From: Macrostomum lignano
Lineage: Eukaryota
Length of the DNA: 64,000 bases
Assembly: GCA_002269645.1 (NCBI GenBank)
Contig: NIVC01001153.1
Span: forward strand, 76,912-140,911
Reading direction: 5' to 3'
How positions within the stretch are numbered: the first letter of the stretch is position 1; each line of letters begins with the position of its first letter. The notes beneath the pieces were generated by a model. That model searched no databases. It was not told the DNA's origin and was given only the letters and a program-made list of their open reading frames with translations. The position numbers and the translations under genes were made by a program. Below, piece by piece: positions 24,593-36,500 of this stretch.

Positions 24593-27500
24593 ATGGGTTC
24601 TGAAGAGGATATTGACGTAAGCGGGGAAGACTTTACTGACCCCGATGACTTTGTGGATGATATCGACGACAAAGGTAAGCCCATAGGTCACCCCATGCGG
24701 ATACAAACGAAGTCAAGACTAAAAAAACGTGCGCAAAATCTTTAAAAGAATTAATGCTACTAGTTAAACCGTAGAATGAGAATGCTTATACTTATTTTAT
24801 ACTGATTTTTATTTAAAAAACAGATTTTAATTTATATATTATAATCATATTCTTAATCTTCTAGATAGTTAGTGTAACTTTCTGACAATGGTATTAGTGT
24901 TTGTCCATTTATTAGATTTCCTAACTGTTTAGATTATCTTTCATCCTATAAAGGTCTGGCAAAAGTTTGAAAAATGGAAAATCAAAAGTATTTTATCATT
25001 ATAAACTTTAAAGAAGTCCAATTGCTTGTACGATTATAACTATAAGACTAAGATTATAAACTTGCATGGGCCTGTCAGTATCAGTTTGACATCTTTGTTT
25101 ACAATCATATAGGCTTAATTATTATTTGGCAATAGTACAGTTTTGTTCATGAAATTATTTTTTGTTTAAATTTGAAAGTTTAAAACCAAAAAACAAAAAA
25201 CAACAATGTTTTAAACTATTCTAGCGACTGTGCCAGAGCTCACTGGTCACAGAATTTTAAAGCAAATGGGCGCTCTATTAATATACTTTTTTCATTAAAT
25301 TTGTGCCACGCTTAAATGCTACTTGAAATGCAAGTTGTCTATGGAAAAAATAGTTTAAAAAATCAAAAAGGGGCTTAAACTGTTTCCCTTTAGCTAAGAA
25401 GCTGCTAATATCTGTTTTTTCTTTTGGACAACATATTGTATCATGGCTGGACAACCACTAAGACCCTTGTGGATAATTCCACCGAATGAAGTGCTGCCAG
25501 CAAATGCTCTACCGCAATTAGAGCTAAATGCGCACAACCTGATGGCTACCAAAAGTGCACCAGATGCTGTCTGCAATTTTACAACTTTTTCCTATAGGGT
25601 GCCAACATAAAAAATAGTAAGAAAATAAACGTCAACAAAAACATAAAAAGTAAACTTTGTTTAATTCAAGCCAATGCGTTTCGTCAAACACAAGATGTCG
25701 TCAAGGCAAATTTAATCAACCTAAGATCATACCACCAATATATTTAAGCAAAAATCACTGTATTGTCTAGAGAGGGGTCAAAACAGTCTAGTAGAATTAA
25801 GAAAGTGCCAAGTACACAACAAAGTGAGAGAGAAAAAAATAATAAAAAATAGGCACGGCTCTGCTCACAATACTCTTAGTAGAGGTTGGACGGGATTGAA
25901 ATCTTTGGGCGGGATTGGGATTGGGAATAACTTTTTTCTTGGGATTAGGATCAGGATCGGGATTCAGGAATTGAGATCAGGTCTTTTAGTGTATTGTCCA
26001 TGTAAAGTTAAACAAAATTGAGAAAAGATTGTCAAGATCAAGAAGTAAAACACAACAAAATTGATATGAAGTTTTGTAACCAACAAAGTAAATAATGTAA
26101 CAAGTACAAGTTAAAGCAAAATACCTTCAAGTAATCACTAATTCTATAAATTATTAATTGAAAGACCTGTTCCTGAATCTCAAGTTTTTTAGGGTCGGGA
26201 TTCTGGTCCCACGGGAATTCAATTTTCCTCGGGATCCCAAGATTTCGGGATCCCGTCCGACCTCTAACTCTTAGCTCACGTTCCACCCCATTGCCAACAA
26301 GCTGCACATTCAGGTTGGGTTTGTGCATTCTGATATACGAAGCTTCGATAATCTTAAGCTTATGGTCAAATTTGCACCCATCCAGCACTGTAAAGAGCTG
26401 AATTGGTTTACCATCATAGCATTTTTTACAAACAAGCAGATGGTCATTAATTGCAGAGCTTTTTAGCCAATGTTCCCTAGCTCTAGTATGTAGGTGTCGC
26501 TTTGTTTTTCTAATGTAAGAAATGCTCTGATCCTCAGAGCAGCGAAATTGGTAAACAACACCAGCCCTTAGAGCAAGTGGAACAGCTGACTTGAGCCTGC
26601 TGGCATAGCGACTGATCTTTTCGGTGCAAAACACAATCCTAATGGTGTACTTAAGCCATTTGCTAAACATTTTCTTAAGTTTTTCCTGAAGTCAAGCGAA
26701 GCGTTGCCAAAAAATAGGAGAACCAACAGAGTGTCCCAAGAATCTATCTCTGGTTGCCTAGGTTTCGCATCGCTAGAAACTTTCTTAGTGACAAACACAT
26801 TGATAATATGGCTGACAAAACTGAAAGGGTAACCATTAGATCTAAGGAATTTAGTCAGGGCACGAACCTCTTGGTGAAATAAACTCCAAGAACTGCTCAC
26901 CTCGTTGGCTCTATGAAGAAGGCACCTAACTAACCCAGATTTCCAGTGAGTCTTCAGTGAGAGTTTATGTCAGACTCACTGGAAATCTGGGCATTTGTTA
27001 GACAAGCTACACTTCAACATAAAAAATAATTACAATAAGTCCAGAATTGTTTCTACACAAATTTTTAAAAACATATATAATATTATAAATATAAAAGTTA
27101 TATTAAACTTGATAATGGCTGCTGTTTCAATAACTTTGTTTTAATTTTGTTTCTCTTATAAATTGCATTAATGTTTTTTATTTTAGTTTCCAATTATTTT
27201 TAAAAGATTTTATGCTGGGTTTTTTTCGTCCATAACTTGGGTGCGATTTTGCACCCTGTGCTAGATTTCAGGGTGCAATTTTCAAGACCAGGATGCGCTG
27301 CATGTCCATAACACTAAATTGTGAAATATGTATCGCATCCTTGCAAAAAATTCTAGTGCGCTTTTCGCACCCTGAGTCAAATTTTAGGGTGCAATTTTTA
27401 AGACCAGGATGCTATTTGCACCCATTTGCACAAAAAAACCTAGATTTTATATTGGTTAATATCTAACTACACAATTACATTAGCCCTGAACTTTGCTATT

Positions 27501-30500
27501 TTTTGTAGGCCAACTATATACACTTCATTTTAAACCTAAAAATTCTATATGCCAAGTGTACACCAAAATTGTTAGCAATAGCAAAAATATGCTAGAATTT
27601 TCCAACATAAAGGCCATTTTCAGGATTATAAGTTTCTCCATGTTTTTTGTAAAAAGTGAAAAGTGAAAAAAATAGCAGATGAAAATCATAGTCAAGATCA
27701 TGGCATGCCTAGCCAGAACACATCAATCAAAAAAGTTTGATTGCACTATGTACCATAACTTTTTTGAAAAAAAAACACAAAAATTAATAATTTTCTATTT
27801 GAAAAATACTAACAAAACTTGTTTTTGAATTTGTTTCATAGAAAATGCAATGTTATAATAAATTAATTAAGAAGTTGTCAATACACTAGCAAACAAAGAA
27901 TGCTAATAAAAAGAAATTATATGCTAATTTTCTGTCAAAGAAAATATCATATACTCATGCACTAGGAAGTTTTGTGTTATATCAAATTGTGTCAATTTTT
28001 ATTGTCTTGCACTATACTGTGCTAAATTTTTCTCCCTTGCCTGCTATTGTGCCAGAATGTATCAGCATAGCAAATGTCCAACCTTTTAGACTAGAATTTT
28101 CCATGAAAAATGCTATCTTCTTGACTTTAAGATAAAAAGATTGCAATAAAATTCACATGAAATATAGTACAAAATCACAGTTAAAATGTTAAAATCTGCA
28201 GTTAAAATTATGTCCTTAAAGCTAAATTTCATAGTACCTCTTTAGATTGTTACTAGAACAACATATAAAAATATATCATATTGTTTCCCTTTGCTTTGAA
28301 TATTGTTGGCTAAATTATAAATGAGTTAATTTAATATTGAATATGTTATATTATGTTATGTTATTATGTTATATAAACTTTATCAACTTTGGATTTAAAA
28401 TACAATAAAACAATAAAGCTATTAAGAAAAATATTTATCTATTAGCATTGGTTCTAATGTTAAGCTCTAGAATCTAGTCAGCAGTATCGTTTGTAGCAAT
28501 GTCACCATACATGCGCAACTGCTGGCCGACCTGGCCGATCTGGCCACCGTAAATTATGGTGGACCAGGGGTAAGTCGCAAAAATTCCCAGCCTGAAGAAT
28601 ACAGACATAGCACTAATTAGATGACGAGGCATTTATACCTTATAAGACAGTCATAGTTACTCCTGCCGTTTACCCAAAATTGCGTTAGGGTTTTCTTTTA
28701 CAGGTAAGTTGCATTTTTGGTCAAAAAGTAAGTCGCATGGCCAGTGTAAATCAGGGGGTTGCGCATGTATGAATGTCACAAATTGTCCAATCTTAACCAG
28801 TTAATGTTTGCACATTGCTAGGAGATACCCTGGCATCAGTTGATTATTTCTAATGATTTCCAAGATCTGGCATCAGTGGCTGGCAATTAGTGGCCTCTGG
28901 CAATTGTTTCTGCTGATTGCTAGGATCTGGCACTGGCACTTATGGCTAATGATTGGTGGTTATTCGCGATTGGTTCTGATGATTGCTAGGATCTGACACT
29001 AGTGGCTAGTGATTGGTAGCCTCTGGCAATGGGTTCTAATGATTGTCAAGATCTGGCACTAGTGGCTAGCATTGGTGGCCTCTTGTAATTGGTTTTGATA
29101 ATTGCTAAGATCTAGCACTAGTGGCTTGTTATCAGTGGCCTCTTTAGTGGCCTTAGATTCTTCTTAATACAATGGGCATTGCTAAGCTTAAAGTTAGATT
29201 CATATCCCAGCAACCTGCAACATGCCAAAATATAGGAGCATGTGCCTAAGGCAGGGCATATATACATTTTTTAAGATATAGCTACACACTATGCATGTTG
29301 CTATTCTTGTTTTTCTATGTACAAGTTACCATTTTAGAACATTTTAAGACTAGTTTCATTGACTGGGTTTGAAGACTTGTTTTGTATATTTGTGTATTCT
29401 AGAAATTTTATAGATGTGAATCCTACAAATTTACTATTTTAGAATTATATATAAATTATAGATATTGATCTATTTTTAAATAGCCTTAAGTCAGAAGTCA
29501 CTAAAACAAAGATTACTTTTAGAAGATATCAAGTTTGAAATGATTACAATGGTTAGTAATTAGATTGGTCTTAATTGGTCTTATAGCTTTTTAAACCCAT
29601 ATCTTTGTTTGGTATAGAGATCCCTTGTTTGGTTGATGATGCTTTATCCTAACTAAATAATTAACAATCTATAGTTTAGACAACCTGAACTATCTATGAG
29701 TTAGTTTATAAGTTTATAAGGTCAAGTAAGATGAAAACCACAAAGCTAAAGCACTTATAACCCAATAGATTCAAAACTTTGCTTATAAAGATAGAGACAT
29801 TAAAACTAGGTCAACTTTGTCTAAGTCTAAGTTTGACTAAGGATTAAGTTTGAATATGCTTACCACAGACTAAGACTGCCACACTTATAAGTCAAGCTAG
29901 GAATTGGGGGTTCCCAAATCATTGCTTTCTTATTGGCTAGGTATAAATCATTTTGCTTTGTGTTTCTTTAGCCAACATTTGTGTTTTTTGACTCAACTAG
30001 AATTATATAAATCATTTTGTAAATCTTTGCTTTTTTGTTATATAGAAACATTATAATGAAAGTATAGTTTTATTTTTTAGCTTAGCTTGTAAACTGTTTG
30101 GAAATAGGAAGATCTATGCAAGAATGCCTTTGTTGGCCTTCTCTATACATAATCCTTTCCTTGACTATATAATTCTCTAGCTAAAAGGAAAGCAGTGATT
30201 TGGGAACCCCTATTCCAAGCTTGACCAAAAAAGTATAGAAGTCTTGGTCTGCCATATCCATAAATATAATTGATAGATCCTGGCAAACCTAAATCAAGAT
30301 CATTGCAAACCTTGACTAGGTTATTGACTAGCTAATCAAAAGTAATTAGCTACTATTAAGGTACCTAGATAGATAAATTGTTATATCAAAATAGGTCCAT
30401 TTAAAATGAAACATTTTAAAGTATTTTTATATTTTTTGAGTATACATAACTTTTATGCTTTGAAAGAATTATTAGAGAATGAACTTAATACAAAAAGGCA

Positions 30501-33500
30501 AAATAGAATACAAATAGAATTCTGACATAAGTAAATCAATTCTAGTGAGCAATAGGGTAGTTTACCATGTCTGGGTAGTCTTCTAGGTCACAAATGGGCA
30601 AATTATGTACATGTAAATTTCTTGATGATTTCCTTGTCATTATTGGTTTTTTCAAAATGGAGAAAACAATTTTCTATTATTATTCATGATAATTTTGGAT
30701 GAAAACAATTTTTCTAAAAATAAACAAACAGAAGTTAAGCAGAAATACAAATCAATGTTTTGACAAAACTAAATTTGGAGTTTTTTTGCATTTGCTATTT
30801 ATATCCACATTGATTCCACAAAACAGTAATCTGCATCCAAATTTTAGTATGCAAATCTGTTCCATATTTGCATCTATTTTTGCAGTTTTAGTTGATACTG
30901 CTAGGAAGCATTCCTTAAGCTTGTATTTATTTTATATTAGCATTGGCCTATTAACTTCAATTAGTTATGAACTCTTTGATTTAGCATGAAATTGTTCAGC
31001 CCCTTTGTTAGAATTATGTACCAGTGTATGCCAAAATGAAATTTGCCTCCAGCTGCATTGCTAAATTCTGCGCCATCTTCAATGATGACTGCTCCACAGC
31101 TTTAAGGGAAAGAACCCTCTCAAGTTAATGGTAGGATTTTTCTCTTCTAGTAGCTTCACTTGATAGGCATTGTTATATAAGCTTAAAATGAAAGCTAGTT
31201 TTGCAGTTGCTTGTCCAGAGTGCTAGCAAAATTGCAGTGACTTAACAAGGCTTTCAGGCTGGCAATAAACCTAGCTAGGCTCTCACTAAGCTGCTGCAGA
31301 TGTGTCTGGAACTGAAATCTGATTGCCAACTCAGATGGCTAATGTGTAATGGTCCTCCAGAATCTTAGTCAACTGGGCTAAAGACTTGTTGGAGACTTTG
31401 GCAGGTATAGGTAAACAGGTTTCTCAACATTCTCATCATGCCTCTACTGATGACAAGTGTGGCCACTTTAGCTTTTTCCTTCACTTCCTTATAGGTTAAG
31501 TAATGGTCAAGGTGTTTTAGCCAGACCTCAATATTGGTATTGGCAGTAAGAATTGGAATTTCACTCAGTGCAAAGCTCATTGCCATTGTAATAAGCCAGC
31601 TCATACAATTGGGCTCTTTGTAAGACATGTTTATGGACCCTAGAACAAAAGAAAGGGTGGTTGGCTTGACTGCCCAGACCCCACTATTCTAGCCACACAT
31701 GAGATTGCAAACAAACTACCTAGTATAGTGCACACATACAGAAATACATTAGTTAATCAATTACTAGTAAGCTTACAATTAATAACTAAAAATACACTAG
31801 CATAACATTGCAATATCATATGAAAGATCTTCTTTTTTCATCAAAATTTACCTACTTCATCTATTTATATAAAGACTATGCTAAACTGTGTTTCTAAATA
31901 GTTGGAGCCTACAACTTGGGTCCTAATTTGTATGTTTTAGATAAACATGTTTGGTTAGTCTTGTGTTGCTAGAGAATACTGCATAGCAATAGTAGACTAA
32001 AGTGGCCAGCAAAATACTCTTCTTAGATATTGTAATACTTATTTTTATATCTTAATTTTTTAACACTTTATTTAGGCATTTTGCCTATTAGATATTATGA
32101 TTATTTGTTTTTTTGTTAATATCATTGTTTTTAATTCCTTTTCTTGTTATGAACATAATTTAGCATTGTAAAAATAGTTTTTAATTTGGCCCTTATTGTA
32201 GCCAGTCTACTAAACTAAGTCAGATATCCCCTTTTCCTACACTAGACTATGCCAATATGCCATACTATGCCTACTAGAAATGGGATAAAATGACTTTTTT
32301 AAACTAATTCTATTAGATTGAATATCTGATAGAACCAGTTCAAATACGAAATAATATCAAATATTCAAATATGAATATTTTAATTAATAATATCCCTTTA
32401 ATAGGTAGTAAAACGGCTCTACCTTGAAAAATATCATTAAACTTCTCTTATCTCTCCATGCACGTCTAGAGCTCCTAGGCGACATCCTAGCTGAGAAGCC
32501 CCAGGAGAAGAAAGCTATTAACAATGCATTGGTACTATCCGGCCTACCAATTGTTGATTCAGCCAGAATCGAACGCTTGCAAGCATTCATTCGTGACAAA
32601 TTCTTGGACAAGCATGGCGAAGTGGTCAAGTTTAGCATGCCTACAGATGAGAATGGCAATAGCCTAGGCTTTGCCCTATGCTGCTTTCAAACTGACCAGC
32701 AGGCCTTGGACGCCTTAACCGATATTCAAGGCGCCTCATTGGACAAAATGCACACGCTCAACGTGTTCAAGTTTTCCGACTTCAATCGTCTAGCCGACGC
32801 CGACGACGAATGGAAGCCGCCAGAGAAAGCGCCGTTTGTTGATCGAGGCGACCTGCGCTCCTGGCTGCGCGAGGACCGCTGTCACGATCAGTTCGGCGTG
32901 CTGCACACCGCTGGCAGCGTTGCCACCATCTACTGGCACTGGCCTGGCGATCCGCAGCCAGTGGATTCGGCCACTAGAAATAACTGGACTGAGAGCCGGC
33001 TGCACTGGTCACCGTTGGGTACCTATCTGGCCACCTACCATACTAAGGGCATCGCTCTGTGGGGTGGCGAGAAGTTCGAGCAGATTAATCGATTTCAGCA
33101 TAAAAATGTGCAGATTATTGATTTTTCGCCCTGCGAGAGGTGCGTACTTAAATTTGCTTCTTTAAACTGAAATTTAGTCTTTCATAAACCCGGAGCTTCT
33201 GTCCTTGAGTCCCTGTCACACTCTCACCTTTAGTTGTCCTCGAGTCCCTCTCACAAACTGACCTTTAAAACTGTCCTTGATTCCCTGTCATATACGCTGA
33301 CCTTTAGCTATCCTTGAGTCCCTGTCATAAACTCTCACCTTTAACTGTTTTTGGGTCCTTGTCATGAACTTTCACCTTAAACTGTCTCTAAGTCCCTGTC
33401 CTAAACTCGAGCTTCTGTCCTCAAATCGGTCATAAACTCTCACCAACTGTCCTTAAGTCCCTGTAACAAACCCTCACCTTTAACTGTCCTTGAGTCCCTG

Positions 33501-36500
33501 TCACAAACCCTCAGCTTTAACTGTCCTTGAGTCCCTGTCACACTCACCTTTAACTGTCCTTGAGTCCCTATCACACTCACCTTTAACTGTCCTTGAGTCC
33601 CTGTCACAAACCCCCACCTTTAACTGTCCTTGAGTCCCTGTCACAAACCCTCACCTTTAATTGTCCTCAAGTCCCTGTCACAAACCCTCACCTTTAACTG
33701 TCCTTGAGTCCCTGTCACAAACCCTCACCTTTAACTGTCCTTGAGTCCCTGTCACAAACCCTCACCTTTAACTGTCCTTGAGTCCCTGTCACAAACCCTC
33801 ACCTTTAACTGTCCTTGAGTCCCTGTCACAAACCTTCACCTTTAACTGTCCTTGAGTCCCTGTCACAAACCCTCAGCTTTAACTGTCCTTGAGTCCCTGT
33901 CACACTCACCTTTAACTGTCCTTGAGTCCCTATCACACTCACCTTTAACTGTCCTTGAGTCCCTGTCACAAACCCCCACCTTTAACTGTCCTTGAGTCCC
34001 TGTCACAAACCCTTACCTTTAACTGTCCTTGAGTCCCTGTCACACTCACCTTTAACTGTCCTTGAGTCCCTGTCACAAACCCTCAGCTTTAACTGTCCTT
34101 GAGTCCCTGTCACAAACCCTCACCTTTAACTGTCCTTGAGTCCCTGTCACACTCACCTTTAACTGTCCTTGAGTCCCTGTCACAAACCCTCACCTTTAAC
34201 TGTCCTTGAGTCCCTGTCACAAACCCTCACCTTTAACTGTCTTTGAGTCCCTGTCACAAACCCTCACCTTTAACTGTCCTTGAGTCCCTGTCACAAACCC
34301 TCACCTTTAACTGTCCTTGAGTCCCTGTCACACTCACCTTTAACTGTCCTTGAGTCCCTATCACACTCACCTTTAACTGTCCTTGAGTCCCTGTCACAAA
34401 CCCCCACCTTTAACTGTCCTTGAGTCCCTGTCACAAACCCTTACCTTTAACTGTCCTTGAGTCCCTGTCACACTCACCTTTAACTGTCCTTGAGTCCCTG
34501 TCACAAACCCTCAGCTTTAACTGTCCTTGAGTCCCTGTCACACTCACCTTTAACTGTCCTTGAGTCCCTATCACACTCACCTTTAACTGTCCTTGAGTCC
34601 CTGTCACAAACCCTCACCTTTAACTGTCCTTGAGTCCCTGTCACAAACCCTCACCTTTAACTGTCTTTGAGTCCCTGTCACAAACCCTCACCTTTAACTG
34701 TCCTTGAGTCCCTGTCACAAACCCTCACCTTTAACTGTCCTTGAGTCCCTGTCACAAACCCTCACCTTTAACTGTCCTTGAGTCCCTGTCACAAACCCTC
34801 ACCTTTAACTGTCCTTGAGTCCCTGTCACAAACCCTTACCTTTAACTGTCCTTGAGTCCCTGTCACAAACCCTCACCTTTAATTGTCCTCAAGTCCCTGT
34901 CACAAACCCTCACCTTTAACTGTCCTTGAGTCCCTGTCACAAACCCTCACCTTTAACTGTCCTTGAGTCCCTGTCACAAACCCTCACCTTTAACTGTCCT
35001 TGAGTCCCTGTCACAAACCCTCACCTTTAACTGTCCTTGAGTCCCTGTCACAAACCTTCACCTTTAACTGTCCTTGAGTCCCTGTCACAAACCCTCACCT
35101 TTAACTGTCCTTGAGTCCCTGTCACAAACCCTCACCTTTAACTGTCCTTAAGTCATGTTGTCATCAGATAAAACCTATTAACTATCGCTTTTTTACCTCC
35201 GCAGGTACCTGGTAACCTTCAGTCCCAGCGTGACTAAGGAGGATCCTCACGCTATCAAGATGTTCGAAGTTGACACTGGCAAGATGAAGCGCAGTTTCCT
35301 GCACGAACAGGCGGCCAAGTGGCCCGTATTTAAATGGAGCCACAAGGGCGAATTCTTTGCCAGAGTGCAAACGGGCAAAGCGCTGCAGGTGTTTGAGACC
35401 CCGAGTTTCTCTCTGCTAGATAAGAAATCAATCAGTGTGCAGGACGTGCAGGATCTGAGCTGGTCTCCTACTGACAATATCCTGGCCTATTGGATTGCCG
35501 AAACGGACAACCAGCCCGCCAGGGTTATTCTAATGACTATGCCAGAGAAACGAGAGGTGGCTACTAAGATGCTGTTTAATGTGGCCGATTGCAGAATGCA
35601 CTGGCATCCGCAGGTTTGTTTGCGCTTTTGTACTTTTGATAGCCTTTCCTGATGCGTGCGAAATCGCCCTTAAATGTCCCCTATCTGCTGAAATATCCCG
35701 TAAATTTCCCCTATCTGCTAAAATCGCCATTTAATGTCCCCGTCTGCTGAAATCGCCCTTAAATGTCCCTACTTGATAAAAATTGTCCTTAAATGTCCCC
35801 CGTCTGCTGAAATCTCCCTTCAATGTACCCCATCTGATAAAATCGCCCTTAAATGTCCCATAGCCCTGCTAAATAGGCACAAATAAAGACTAGTGTTTTC
35901 ATTATATAAACATTCCTGTCTGCATGTACCTCACCCCGTGATTTAACACCTTCAGGGCAACTATCTGTGTGTCCGCGTCAACCGCTACACAAAGAAGAAG
36001 CTGGACGCTGACAATACGCCCAAGTACATCAACATCTACACCAACTTCGAGGTGTTCCGTATGCGCGAAAAGAACATCCCAGTTGAAAAAATTGAAGTCA
36101 CGGACGCCGTCTCCTGCTTCAACTGGGAGCCGCACGGCAGCAAGTTCGCCATGGTGCAGGGCATCGCTAGCAAAGGCCTGTCCGTTGTATTTTATCAGGT
36201 GAACGCGCACGACATCGAGAAGGTGAAAGTGCTGGAGAAGCGCAATGTCAACACGATCAGCTGGTCGCCTATTGGTCAGCACGTTGTCCTGGCTGGCCTC
36301 AGATCTGCCAATGGTGGCCTGGAGTTTATCGACACCTCCGACATGAAGACCACGGCCAATCAGGAGCACTTCGGCGCCACCGATATTGAGTGGGATCCAA
36401 CTGGGCGCTACGTTGTTACCACCGTGTCATTCTGGCACGTGAAAGTTGACAATGCTAGTCACGTGTACTCTTCGCACGGCACTCTGCTGTACAAGCTGAA

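Noticed and set aside
28611-28675. Real rRNA gene or rDNA unit
   Set aside because: Only ~65 nt, mutated, and bounded by TIRs and TSDs
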